From Candidatus Thorarchaeota archaeon (GTDB lineage Archaea; Asgardarchaeota; Thorarchaeia; Thorarchaeales; Thorarchaeaceae), in contig JBHIAE010000001.1 in NCBI GenBank assembly GCA_046758445.1, forward strand, positions 96,001-160,000: a stretch of 64,000 nt of DNA, given 5' to 3'. This document shows, piece by piece, positions 1 through 10,270 of the stretch; the stretch's first letter is position 1, and each line of letters opens with the position of its first letter. Below the pieces are notes generated by a model. That model saw nothing but the letters and a program-made list of their open reading frames with translations, did not search any database and was not told the DNA's origin. Both the position numbers and the translations under genes were made by a program.

Positions 1-53
1 AACTCATCGAAGACGGTGATGAACCGGCTGAGTTCTGGGACGCCTTCGACTAG
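1..53 (+). CDS. 3' end of gelsolin-like protein (partial)
   Basis: Frame from nt 3 reads LIEDGDEPAEFWDAFD*, matching the gelsolin-repeat terminal motif E-G-x-E-(P)-x-x-F-W; only 16 residues visible. Confidence 0.6.
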   Translation, partial: LIEDGDEPAEFWDAFD

Positions 54-65
54 ACCGATGTACCT

Positions 66-1526
66 CTAGACCAATCTATAGTGACCAAGACGGGGTTCGT
101 ATAGGACCCCGCTCTGTTTCATTCTTCCGAGAGTTTCTGCCGCGACATGCCGTTTAACAGCTGCTTCAGCTGCAATATCCTCAAGAGTGGGCCCAAGTGA
201 TCCGGTCTTTCCAGTGTCCAGCTTCTTCAGAGCACGCAAGACTTTGGTATTGAACTTGTATGCACGACTGTCCTTGCCCCAGTCCCGCTCGGTTTCGGAC
301 CTTAGTTGAGTGAGTTCCATGAACTCGTTCAATGCTGGCTCAAGAACTCGATTCCAAGAGTGTTTGATGTCCTTCGCATTTGTCTTCTTCTTCCATGATG
401 CTCTCGCGGTGGAACGAGCCAAACGAATCGCGCTGAGAGGACGTCCTAGTGCGTCAGCGTCAAGGAGATGACCTCGAGCAAGTGCCGAGTAGTCAAGTCC
501 GAAACTCTCCCTGAGACCTTCAAGCTTTCCCAGGATGTGTCGGGTTCCTGCATCTATTGCCCGCTGCGTAATCTCAGGACTCAACATCTGAAAGGTTATT
601 GCAGACTTTAGGATCGGCAGTTTCAACTGAGCGGGGTTCCGGGTTTCTATCCAGAAGTCCTCAGACGCCAGAGCCAACGGAACATCGGGGAGAGCTGCAG
701 TTTCCAGATTTGTCAGTGCACCGACCGATACCTCCCTGAAACCTAGATTGTCTTGTCGCTGAACGCATAGGTCCTCCATCTTCTTCCGTTTTTGTTGACC
801 CACATCAAGTCGCCACAAACGAGGTGTCGAAACTCGGACACTGTTGACTCGTCTCCTTTTCGGCCACCTACCCCTCAACGTCGGAGATAACACTCTGCGC
901 ATGAATACTAGAAGCCTTTGTACCTGTGTTTGTGAGGCAATGGCCTGTATTCCCGTTGTCAGCCCACCGACCGCCTGATGAATGGGGGGACTAGACACGA
1001 ATAGTAGCGCAAAGACCCTCTTGCTGGCCTCCGCCATCCCCACGTTCTCGAAGAGCAGTGATGACATCTCTTTCAGACTCATTGGGGGCTCGATGACAGA
1101 AAGGACATCCATAGTGATGATTTCGTAGGAGTCTGCATACAGGGCCTTTGTGAGCTTGCCAGTACGTTCTAGGGTCCTTGAAACTGCCGCAGGACGCCCA
1201 ACAACTTCAATCTGCGACCCATCAGGAGGGGTTTCCTGATCCTGGTGAAACTGAACGAAGACGCCCTCTACAAGCCAGGGACTCGGAGTGAGTAGAATCA
1301 ACGATTTGTCACGAGTGTGATGAACGAAGCCGCGATAGACATGGAGTCCGACAGAAACCCTTCTCTTGAATGCCTTTAGTAGATTGAGCTCCCAACCAGC
1401 AAGTTCTGAGCCAAATTGCCTTGTGAATACATCACTGGGCGCAGTCACGTCAGCCAGTCTATCTCGCGTATGTCCAAGCCGGGTATAGATGTCCTCGGGC
1501 TCCATAATTAGCACTCCAAGACTCAC
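66..1526 (-). CDS. Degenerate MCM-like protein (OB fold, eroded AAA+, C-terminal winged helix)
   Basis: PPDGSQIEVVG (MCM OB-like), RPLSAIRLARSTAR (MCM lid/sensor-2-like), LGRMKQSGVLYEPRLGHYRLV (archaeal MCM C-terminal WH-like); no Walker A/B; alternative start ATG 1505. Confidence 0.6.
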   Translation of the reverse strand: MSLGVLIMEPEDIYTRLGHTRDRLADVTAPSDVFTRQFGSELAGWELNLLKAFKRRVSVGLHVYRGFVHHTRDKSLILLTPSPWLVEGVFVQFHQDQETPPDGSQIEVVGRPAAVSRTLERTGKLTKALYADSYEIITMDVLSVIEPPMSLKEMSSLLFENVGMAEASKRVFALLFVSSPPIHQAVGGLTTGIQAIASQTQVQRLLVFMRRVLSPTLRGRWPKRRRVNSVRVSTPRLWRLDVGQQKRKKMEDLCVQRQDNLGFREVSVGALTNLETAALPDVPLALASEDFWIETRNPAQLKLPILKSAITFQMLSPEITQRAIDAGTRHILGKLEGLRESFGLDYSALARGHLLDADALGRPLSAIRLARSTARASWKKKTNAKDIKHSWNRVLEPALNEFMELTQLRSETERDWGKDSRAYKFNTKVLRALKKLDTGKTGSLGPTLEDIAAEAAVKRHVAAETLGRMKQSGVLYEPRLGHYRLV

Positions 1527-1550
1527 ATAATCGTCCTATGGCCGCGTTCC

Positions 1551-2543
1551 TCAATCTGACATCTCACTCTTTGGCCTTTTGTTCTCTTTCTCTCTCCGTA
1601 GATACTCGCGGTAGGCGTTTGGATACGCTTCAGCGAGCTGCTCTATTGTGGGAAGGCGTTGATGATAGGGAACATAGCCCTCCCCAGGCTTAACACTAGA
1701 CAGCTCAGACTCAATGATGGGCTTCATGTCCAGGTTAATCTCAAATCCAACGAAATGTCTCCAGCTGAGCTTCGCTGCCACTGCTGTTGTGCCATTCCCC
1801 ATGAACGGGTCAAGTATAATATCTCCCGGTCTTGAAGAGAAGTCGATGCATTTGGCCACCACATCAATCGGAAGCTTCGTGCTATTCTTGGCCTGCCTAG
1901 CTCTATACTTGCGCTTCACGACCCATACGTCTTCAGGGTAATGCTCGACTTTGTTGAAGAAGTAGTTTCGAGGATTCTTGGCCAATAGGAGCACATGATA
2001 GTGGCTTGTCACGAATCTACGCTTGGTAAAGACACCGAACGGATAGTGCCAGACTATATGATTCAACATCATAAGTCCAGCCTCACGAGCCTCCCTTAGA
2101 ACCGTTTCCAGATTCGTCCAACCAGAGAAGATGTAAGCGGAGCCGTCTGACTTCAGGATGCGAGGAATCTCGCGAATCCACTTCGTCGTGAACTCATCAT
2201 AGGACTCTGATATCTCCTCGTAGCCCTGGACAACGAGCCCCTCATTTCTGTTGTAGACACTGCTCAATCCGTTGAAGTCTATTCCGAACGGTGGATCGGC
2301 AACGACAAGGTCGATGGACTCGTCTGACAGCCTTTTCATCCCTTGAATGCAGTCCTCAAAGTAGATTCTGTTCAGTTCAGCTGCGTCTGAGATTGTCTTT
2401 CTCGATTCATACAGTGCTTGGGCTTCTTCTGACGTCCAGTCAAACTGAGGCTTGAAGTAGAACTCGGCTAGGTTCGGAATATACTTTCTAGCACGCTGCC
2501 TAGTAGGCAGTTTCTCTTCCTCTTTGTTCGAGTGAATTGTCAT
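1551..2543 (-). CDS. Site-specific DNA methyltransferase (N6-A/N4-C, beta class), orphan
   Basis: DPPF catalytic motif precedes ILDPFMGNGTT SAM-binding motif. Confidence 0.9.
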   Translation of the reverse strand: MTIHSNKEEEKLPTRQRARKYIPNLAEFYFKPQFDWTSEEAQALYESRKTISDAAELNRIYFEDCIQGMKRLSDESIDLVVADPPFGIDFNGLSSVYNRNEGLVVQGYEEISESYDEFTTKWIREIPRILKSDGSAYIFSGWTNLETVLREAREAGLMMLNHIVWHYPFGVFTKRRFVTSHYHVLLLAKNPRNYFFNKVEHYPEDVWVVKRKYRARQAKNSTKLPIDVVAKCIDFSSRPGDIILDPFMGNGTTAVAAKLSWRHFVGFEINLDMKPIIESELSSVKPGEGYVPYHQRLPTIEQLAEAYPNAYREYLRREKENKRPKSEMSD

Positions 2544-2612
2544 GGGGACAGTCTCTACCCCTTACTCGGCCTACCTCTTAAAGCATTACCAAGTTTCTGA
2601 GTTTGGAGCCAT

Positions 2613-3713
2613 TCACATTAGCTCAGAGGGGTCTACACCTCTAGAAGTGGCCTTCTGTGCCATCCAGTCCATCAGAGACTCTGGCGGCGTGACGTTTCCT
2701 CGTCCCTCTCTGGCAATAAGCTTCATTGCGTTCTCAGGACATTCGATGGTACATACTCCGCAACCTATGCAGCGTTCAGTATTCGCAACGCTGACATCTT
2801 CAGGAACGCTCAATGCTTCGAACTGACAGCGATCAACACATGTGCCACATCCTGCACATAGGTCTGTGTCAATACTGATGGTGAAGTCTGAGTTGACAAA
2901 GGCGTGTGGCTGATCATATTGAGTCAGCCCTCTCAGGACCCCACAGCAACAGGTACAGCAGTTACAAATGTAGGTGTGATCGCGCTGAATATTCATCGTG
3001 CAGTGAACAAGCCCGGCTTGTGCAGAGTCACGAAGAATGTTGAGAGCTTCATCTTTCGTAATTGGTTTAGTGATTTCATGTCCCACGAACGCGTTCTCTC
3101 TTCTTGGCGCCAAGGTCAAGCAGACTGAAGTGGGATAAGTACATGGATTGCCAATCAGTCCTTTCTGCTTCTTGCAGATGCACTCTCTGATTCCCCAAGA
3201 TGCTGAGGTTTCGACTAGCTTCTCAGCTTGGTCATACCGATGTATGATGAGTTCTGTTTCGATGGACTTGTTCACTGGGACTACCTTGAATATGGCCGGC
3301 TCCGATGCAAAGAGGGTTCCTCCTCTGGCTTTCTCAAAGTACTCCTCAAGAACCTGAGCAAACTCCTCATCCATTCGGTCAAGCTGCTCTTCATAGAAAC
3401 CCACTGCGAATGGCATTAGTGCGAATTTCCTTGTTCCAGCTGAACGAGACATCCAACCACTGATTTGACCCTTCTCAACCATTCTTTCGAGGAGCTCCGT
3501 TGTTTCCTCCAAAGGCATGCCCAATTTCGAGGTGATCTCCTCTGCTGTTTCGCCTCGTAGCTTCAACCTACTCGCTAGATCAGCTTCTTCGGGAGTGAAG
3601 ATCCACTCTAGCACTTTCAAGTGCGTTCCATCTTCTACATGTGCATACCCGTTGGGTACCTTATCCAGGACTGCCGCTAACCTCACATATGCATCTTCTG
3701 ACATCTTTGACAA
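2613..3713 (-). CDS. 4Fe-4S dicluster (polyferredoxin) protein with N-terminal wHTH-like region
   Basis: CAGCGTCVDRC and CIGCGVCTIECP motifs; ICNCCTCCCG; CICK. Confidence 0.88.
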   Translation of the reverse strand: MSKMSEDAYVRLAAVLDKVPNGYAHVEDGTHLKVLEWIFTPEEADLASRLKLRGETAEEITSKLGMPLEETTELLERMVEKGQISGWMSRSAGTRKFALMPFAVGFYEEQLDRMDEEFAQVLEEYFEKARGGTLFASEPAIFKVVPVNKSIETELIIHRYDQAEKLVETSASWGIRECICKKQKGLIGNPCTYPTSVCLTLAPRRENAFVGHEITKPITKDEALNILRDSAQAGLVHCTMNIQRDHTYICNCCTCCCGVLRGLTQYDQPHAFVNSDFTISIDTDLCAGCGTCVDRCQFEALSVPEDVSVANTERCIGCGVCTIECPENAMKLIAREGRGNVTPPESLMDWMAQKATSRGVDPSELM

Positions 3714-3737
3714 CCTCTGTCGGTCTATTCTCTGACA

Positions 3738-5066
3738 TTAAGGGCAATTTATGGTTATCCCAAGAGGGCTGAGCTCTGCATTCACCTGCTCGACAGTTTC
3801 GGTACAGCTTTGCCCTTTCCCTAGAAGGATGTGGGCCAAGCTCATTTGGAAAGGAGGGAGGAACGGAATGTCGCTCGCCTCTAGAATGGCTCTATACTCC
3901 CTGACAACTCTCTCATCCTGAAGAAACTCCTCGAGCTGGGCTAATGTGCTACCATTTTCCAAGATCATATCTCGAATCTTCTCCAAGAAGAGATCCTTTG
4001 GTACGTTCACAGACTCGCCAAAGAGTTTCTTGACATTCTTCTCAAACCAGTCACGCACCCGGCCAACCTGACAATAGGGTAAGACAGCAACCTCCTCCCC
4101 TTCGTAAGGCATGACTCGAATCAGGCTCCTAGTTTCAGCTGAGAAGACGAAGTCAGGCAGATTATTGTAACCCAATTCAGAGATGTCAAGTCCTTTTGCT
4201 TGCAGCTCTTCATTCAGCGATTTTAGAGAATGAGGACTGCCTTTGTCAATGCCCTCCTCCACCACTTTCAACAGGAGGTCAAAGGCATCTTTACTCTCCT
4301 TCGAGAAGCGCGACATCTCTTCAGAATATGCGTCAGGCAGTTTCAGAATAGTAGCGGGCAAATCACCTTCACGAATGACGTATCCCTCAGATTCAGCCCA
4401 AGTAACAAAGTCGTTCCAGCTATGGAAACCGAGATCGCGTTCATTGAAATCCTGATTTAGGGAGCTCATGGCATACTTGACAGTCCCCATACCCGGTTTG
4501 TTTTCTGCCTCCTTTACTATTTGGACCGCTTCTTGGAGTTTTGCCCCCATCATGTGCCTCATTTCTGAGATGCTTCGAACCCGTTCATCACACCGGCCCA
4601 CATCAGGACAGTCCAAGGAACTCCTTCTGAATGAGTGAACATCACTGTACTTAGTTGCTAGATTGGTCAGCTCAGATGCCGTGATTATGGGATTGCTTAT
4701 GACCCAGAGACCTAGCCCGCGATGGCGAATGGATCCAGCAGTGAGCTTGAAGTCCCCATCGCCTGTGATCAAGACGTAGCATGCTGTTTCAGGATAGTGG
4801 ACCATGTGGTCAGTAATGTATGCAGCCATCCTGTAGTCGGTGGCGTTGTCCCTCCTGTCAGGAACGTGTATGACGTCATAGCCTAGATTGTAGAGCTCCT
4901 TTGCCATTTGACGACGGTTGACCCAGTCCGCGAATGCGTAAGCCTTTACGATGGTGCCTACCTCTTGGATTGCTTTCGTCATCTCTCTGTGAGTGCCAAA
5001 GTCCTCATGGACATTCTCGAAATCCCAGAATACTGAGAGATGTGGCTTGGAACTGGGTTCGGGCAT
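3738..5066 (-). CDS. NYN (PIN-fold) domain protein with OST-HTH/LOTUS-like domains
   Basis: VFWDFENV, ATD, LITGDGDF NYN motifs; FNERDLGFHSWNDFV and ISELGYNNLPDFV LOTUS-like segments; start set at ATG 5066 (MPEPSS). Confidence 0.8.
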   Translation of the reverse strand: MPEPSSKPHLSVFWDFENVHEDFGTHREMTKAIQEVGTIVKAYAFADWVNRRQMAKELYNLGYDVIHVPDRRDNATDYRMAAYITDHMVHYPETACYVLITGDGDFKLTAGSIRHRGLGLWVISNPIITASELTNLATKYSDVHSFRRSSLDCPDVGRCDERVRSISEMRHMMGAKLQEAVQIVKEAENKPGMGTVKYAMSSLNQDFNERDLGFHSWNDFVTWAESEGYVIREGDLPATILKLPDAYSEEMSRFSKESKDAFDLLLKVVEEGIDKGSPHSLKSLNEELQAKGLDISELGYNNLPDFVFSAETRSLIRVMPYEGEEVAVLPYCQVGRVRDWFEKNVKKLFGESVNVPKDLFLEKIRDMILENGSTLAQLEEFLQDERVVREYRAILEASDIPFLPPFQMSLAHILLGKGQSCTETVEQVNAELSPLGITINCP

Positions 5067-5160
5067 CCGTCGTCCACCAATCAAGGACCGATGTATTTGA
5101 TGACCTATAAAGACTGCCGAACGAAACCAGAATCGAAGACAGGTTCTAGGCTCAGGAGGC

Positions 5161-5547
5161 CTAGGCGAATCTGAAGCGCATCGCGGACCAAGTATCGTCA
5201 ACTGCAATCTGATGGACGGCTTTCAGACCGAGCGTCTTTGCATATGCCCAGATGCTGTTTCTGTTTATGTCAGTCTTGATCTTGGAAGTGCCCTTCGGAT
5301 AAGTGATCCACAGAGACCCATCCTGTTTGAGATGCTGCTTCAATTGTGACAGTCGGTCTTCCAACTCCTCTCTGGTCTTCACGAATACTTGAATGAAGTC
5401 GACAGGTTCGGAAGGTGTGGAGGTGACTGTGACATCATTTGGTAGGTCACCCAGGAGGTTTCTGTACCCCTCTGGCTCGGAAACTAAGAGAAGCGAATAG
5501 CCTTCCTTGATGAATAGCTTCTTGGGAAGTGGTTTTGTTGATGACAT
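5161..5547 (-). CDS. DUF3052-like protein
   Basis: LWITYPKGTSKIKTDINR and IAVDDTWSAMRFR; start set at ATG 5547. Confidence 0.75.
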   Translation of the reverse strand: MSSTKPLPKKLFIKEGYSLLLVSEPEGYRNLLGDLPNDVTVTSTPSEPVDFIQVFVKTREELEDRLSQLKQHLKQDGSLWITYPKGTSKIKTDINRNSIWAYAKTLGLKAVHQIAVDDTWSAMRFRFA

Positions 5548-5791
5548 CACGACCAACTCATTCAACGTCTGCAAGAGATTGTATATGTAATTCACTATAG
5601 GTGCGGATAGGCTAAGAAGAAAGACATCGTTCAAGATGATGAAAGGAAGATTGAGTGGAGATTCGTCGATTTCGTCGATGCTCATTCCTCTTTCTTATCT
5701 GCAGTCCAGACCAAGCCCCTTATTACTAGGGCATTCAGGGCGACAGTGTCAATTTCACGTGACTTTCAACCCGAATACTGAGCGAAGTATC

Positions 5792-7400
5792 ATGGAATCG
5801 GATGAGATCTTCCTACGGGAAAGGAGGGCGTTTCGCCTAATTGCTGAGGCCGCACTCCAACCTCGAGGTAGTCCCGAGCTGTACCACCGTGTTCTCTCTG
5901 GGCTTGTTGAAACACTTGAGTTCGACCTAGGCACTTTGAGGCTATTCGATGACCAGAATGAAGTCCTGAAACTGGAGGCAGTTGTGGGGATTCCAGAAGA
6001 GAAAGTCCAAGATGAGGTGCTTCTCAATGATCCAGAGTATCTCGCGGCACGCGTTGCTCGCACAAGGACACCAATCTTCGAGTCGGATGTTTCTCGCAAT
6101 CCAGAGCTAAAGGCCCGTATGAAAGTCATTGAATCACTTGGAATCAAGTCTCTGATATTCTGGCCCATAGTTGGTGCACGTGATGAGCTTCTGGGGGTCA
6201 TGAACGTTGCTAACCGTGGCCAGAAAGATTTGTCTGAGGAGGACATGGACTTCTTTCAGACAGTCGCAGGAATGTTTGCTGCAGTCCTTGAAAGGCACAG
6301 AGCCATTGATGCCCTGAGGGAGAGCGAAGAACGATACCGTCTGTTGGCGGAGAATGCTGTTGATATAATCTGGACTGTAGACATGAACCTGCAGTTCACC
6401 TATGTCAGCCCATCAGTTGAGGAAATTCTTGGTTACACGCCTCAAGCAGCGTTGCTGATGCCACTCAGTGGCATGATGACGCCGGAGTCGCTCCAACTCA
6501 TCGAGAATGCCCTTACAGATTCACTCCGATTGGAAGCAACAGTAGGCAAGGACGGCTATGATTCGCCTCCGCTAGAGATTCAGATGTTCCGCAAAGACGG
6601 CGTATCATTGTGGATTGAGATCTCTAGAACGTTTTTGCGTGACGATGATGACACTCCCATTGGGATTCTTGGCGTGGCAAGAGACATAACGCGAAGAAAG
6701 ACGGTGGAAGAAGAACTCGCAACTGCAAGAGCACAGGCGGAGTTCTATAATGACCTCATGGCTCACGACTTGGCAAACATGCAACAGGGCATCCTTGTGA
6801 GTCTAGAACTCATGCTGAGAGATCCAAAACTACCTACTGAGCTCCGAACCCTTGCAAACAGAGCTCTTGCACAGACGATACGAGGAGTCACATTGACAGG
6901 GAACGTCAAGAAGCTCGGGCGGCTCGTTGGGGGGGGGAGAAGAGGTTCTCGAGAACTGATGTTTATCAATCTCTGATGGATGCCATAGAGATAGTTGTCG
7001 ACTCTTTTCCGGATAAGATCATCGAGGTCAATACAAACCTCGTCAAGGGACAAAAAACTGTAATGGCCGACGAGTTTCTTATTGATCTCTTCTATAATCT
7101 CCTACACAATGCTGCAAGAATGGATCAGAGCGATTCAGTGGTCATTGATGTGGTGGAATGTGATTCTGACACAACTGGCACACTCAAGTTGAAGATCGAG
7201 GACCAGGAATAAGCGATAACCTGAAAGAGGCAATCCTCACTCGATTCAATGAGAGGGCGAGGCGTGGATGGGGAATCGGGTTGACCCTGGTGAGACAGAT
7301 TGTTGATCGATATGAGGGGAAGATTTGGATTGAAGACCGAGTTCCGAAGGACCACACCGAAGGGGCAAGTTTCGTCCTCGTTCTGCCAACAGCATCCTGA
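5792..7400 (+). pseudogene. GAF-PAS-histidine kinase, frameshifted twice
   Basis: GAF, PAS (ESEERYRLLAENAVDII), H-box LMAHDLAN; shift at G9 run 6929-6937; N-box NLLHNA in 6976-7212 frame; second shift near 7200 into GPGISD...GWGIGLTLVRQIVDRYEGKIWIEDR, TGA 7398-7400. Confidence 0.8.
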
Positions 7401-7444
7401 GTTGGAATATCCAAGATTCCTGATTTCACTGTATTGAGAGGCCT

Positions 7445-8527
7445 CTAGAGAAGGTCTGACATGTCAAGCCCTCTCGAAATCGCCCTCCTTGTATTCCAGT
7501 CGGTCCTGGACTCGGGAGGAGTCTTTCGCTCAGCCGAATCCCTTGAAACCAGACGGAGTGCATTCTCGGGGCATGCGATTGAGCAGACGCCACAGCCGAC
7601 ACAACGGGAATTGTCTACCTGACAGATGTCTTGAACCAGACTCAATGCATCAAACTGACATCGGACCACACAGTCACCACAGCCTGCACATGCGCCCTGC
7701 TCCACAGAGGCTTGGAAGTTGGAATTGACAAAGGCATGAGGCTGACCAAGCTGAACCAGTCCCCTTAGCATTGCACAGCAACATGTACAGCAGTTGCATA
7801 TGTATGAATGGCCTTGCTGGACATTCGAAGAGCAATGAATCAACCCAGCCTCCTCTGCCTTTAGTAGAATGTCCAATGACTCCTCTTTCGAGATAGGTTT
7901 GGTCAGAGCATCGTCATCATATGCTCCGGGCCTCGATGAAATGAGAAGGCACACAGAGGTCGGATACTCACAATCCTGATCCAAGACCCCCAGCTGCTTC
8001 TTGCACATGCATTCTCTCAGACCCCATGACTTCGCACCCTGAACGATGTTCTCAGCTACCTCGAAAGGGTATACCTCAAGCTCAGGGGTGATTGCACGGT
8101 TCACAGGAATTACCCTGAATACGGCCGGCTCGGTGTGAAAGTGTCCCACTCCACGTCCCTTGTCAAAGTAATCCTCCATCAACTGGGCAAACTCTCTGTC
8201 CATTCTTTGGATTTGACCTTCCCAGATCCCGCCCAGAAAGACTGTCAGAGCATAACGCCTGCCCGTACTTGAGTTCCAGGCGAATATCTGCCCCTTCTGA
8301 ACCATAGTTTCGAGCCTATCCTCTAGTCCATCGACCGGAATGTCAAGTCAGTCCGTCATTTCTTCAGAGGTCTCTCCTCGCAGCTTCATCTTGCTCGCTA
8401 GGTGGGCCTCCTCTGGTGAGAATATCCACTGTAGAAGCTGAATGTGGGTTCCGCCCTCAATGTGGGAGAAGCCGTTGGGGATCTTGTTCAATATGGCGGC
8501 CAGTTTCTCGTACGGTTCTGTTGTCAT
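7445..8527 (-). pseudogene. Paralog of 2613-3713 polyferredoxin with in-frame TGA at 8348-8350
   Basis: ORFs 8348-8545 and 7445-8305 share a frame: ...EEMTD*LDIPVDGLEDRLETMVQKG aligns with EEITSKLGMPLEETTELLERMVEKG of the paralog. Confidence 0.8.
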
Positions 8528-8742
8528 GGCAGGTCGCAAATGCAACAGAGAAGCCGGTATTTACTCCTTCTGTTAAGTCAAAGTAGTAGCTGGAATCTGC
8601 ACAGAGTAACGAATTCTCGAAGTCGAGTGAAGAAGAGATATGGTTTGCCGTTTTGGACTTCTGAATTACTGAGTGAGGGTTTTCGAAAGTCTCTTATCCG
8701 TTCAGTCCTTTTGAGTTTAAGATACGTCTGTGAGGTGACTAG

Positions 8743-9030
8743 ATGAAGTATGTAGTGTTTTGGGAGTATGATCCAAAGGAGATCGACAATGCGGTCAAGA
8801 AGCTCATGGAGTTCAGAAAGGAGATCAAGAAGAACCCCGATAAGTATGCAAAACCAATTACTCCGAACTACACAATGAGCGTTGGATTCAAGGGATTTCA
8901 GCTATTTGAGGCTGAGAACCCTGAACAGCTAGCAAGAATGGTTCTTCACTATAGGCCTGAAGTGAAGTTTGAGATCATACACATCACTGAAACAAAGAAG
9001 ACTGTGAAGATTTACGAAGAGTCGAAGTAG
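8743..9030 (+). CDS. Small DUF3303/GYD-like ferredoxin-fold protein
   Basis: MKYVVFWE and GFQLFEAENPEQL pattern; GAGGTGA SD upstream. Confidence 0.6.
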   Translation: MKYVVFWEYDPKEIDNAVKKLMEFRKEIKKNPDKYAKPITPNYTMSVGFKGFQLFEAENPEQLARMVLHYRPEVKFEIIHITETKKTVKIYEESK

Positions 9031-9382
9031 GCTTCTGCCAGAAGAAGAGAGTTGGTCCCAGGTTCCTGCATCACTCTATAAGGAGCATGTTTCGTACGTG
9101 GCCCGACCCTTCTACATCCAGCGTTATGAACATGAGTACTTCAATTGAGGGTACGATAGGCCGTTCAATGGGTAGCTGACAACTGCCTAGAACATCGGCA
9201 ATGTTGGACATGCGCTTAAATACTCGGACCCAAGACAACCTATCGAGGTCGAAATGACGCAGATCATACCTCACGGAGTTGACCCCAGTGCCGTTTCCTG
9301 GGCGGACAGCACTCCGGTGTCCAAGATTGTCCAACTCACAATGAACGGTAGACAGATATCATGACTCCTCTTCCTATATGCC

Positions 9383-9907
9383 ATGGACGAAACCAAGAAG
9401 AGAGTTGTTTCGCTGGAGAAGACTTCCGGTCTATCAGATCGTGTTGCACTGTGGTACTCAATGATGGAGAGGGTAAGAGAGAGACTATTGAAACGAGTTG
9501 AAGGCCTCTCGAACAAGGAGTTGGACTACACACCTCATGAAGAGAGTGTTGAAACCATTGGTACTCTCCTTCTTCATATCGCGGCCGTTGAATGGTCATG
9601 GATCTTTGAGGATATGGGTCGGCAAGAGATGGACTACGAGAAGTGGAAGCACGCCTTCGCCTTGAGGGAAGGGATTCCTCAGCTGAAGGGAAAGAAACTG
9701 CGTTACTACCTGGACAGGTTGAATTCTGTCAGAGAGGATGTCTTGAATCGACTGATCGATGTCAGTGACAGTGAGCTGGATCATCTTGTAGATATCGGCG
9801 AAGCAGCAGTGAGCATAGAATGGATTCTCTTTCACTTGATTGAGCACGAGGCCATGCATGTTGGTCAGATCTCCGTACTGAGAAGACTGCAAGAACAATC
9901 GAAATGA
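9383..9907 (+). CDS. DinB/DUF664 family protein
   Basis: IGTLLLHIAAVE and WILFHLIEHEAMHVGQI His triad. Confidence 0.85.
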   Translation: MDETKKRVVSLEKTSGLSDRVALWYSMMERVRERLLKRVEGLSNKELDYTPHEESVETIGTLLLHIAAVEWSWIFEDMGRQEMDYEKWKHAFALREGIPQLKGKKLRYYLDRLNSVREDVLNRLIDVSDSELDHLVDIGEAAVSIEWILFHLIEHEAMHVGQISVLRRLQEQSK

Positions 9908-9981
9908 CTTGGCCCACATACATGGTCCAACGCCAGATGGTGAGTTAGGTCGAAGCGAGTTTCTGATTGAAGTCAATGATT

Positions 9982-10031
9982 TGAAGAAAGAGAGTTTGAA
10001 GGAGGGCTGTGCAGTCCACCTTAGGATACTG
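9982..10031. repeat. Degenerate copy of the actin 3' hairpin region (10843-10894)
   Basis: tgaagaaagagagtttgaaggagggctgtgcagtccaccttaggatactg vs tgaagaaatagaagtttgaaggagggctttgcggccctaccttcagaaactg. Confidence 0.6.
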
Positions 10032-10270
10032 GGAGGTCCTGATGCATCTGAGTATGGTTTTAGATTCAGCTTCTATCAATGATCGATTTCGAATTGGAGC
10101 ATAATCTCATTGTGGCCTTGCTTCGATCATCAGCTTTGGCGGTTATCTCATTGGTTCAGCTGATGAGAAAGAACTGGCAACCTGATGCCACCCCAATCAG
10201 TGAAAATGATTAGCATAGGAGAAATAGAAGTTTGTCGATTTTTCATGGAGAGAAGTGATTAATGGCAAAC

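Noticed and set aside
6920-7215. Further BHB introns at the kinase frameshifts
   Set aside because: No inserted hairpin at either site; the lesions are a homopolymer length change and an apparent deletion
8348-8350. Selenocysteine recoding of the in-frame TGA
   Set aside because: Position aligns with Lys in the paralog's helical region, not a Cys ligand; no SECIS recognised
9071-9334. 87-aa minus-strand ORF
   Set aside because: No recognisable motif or initiation signal; cannot be supported as a gene
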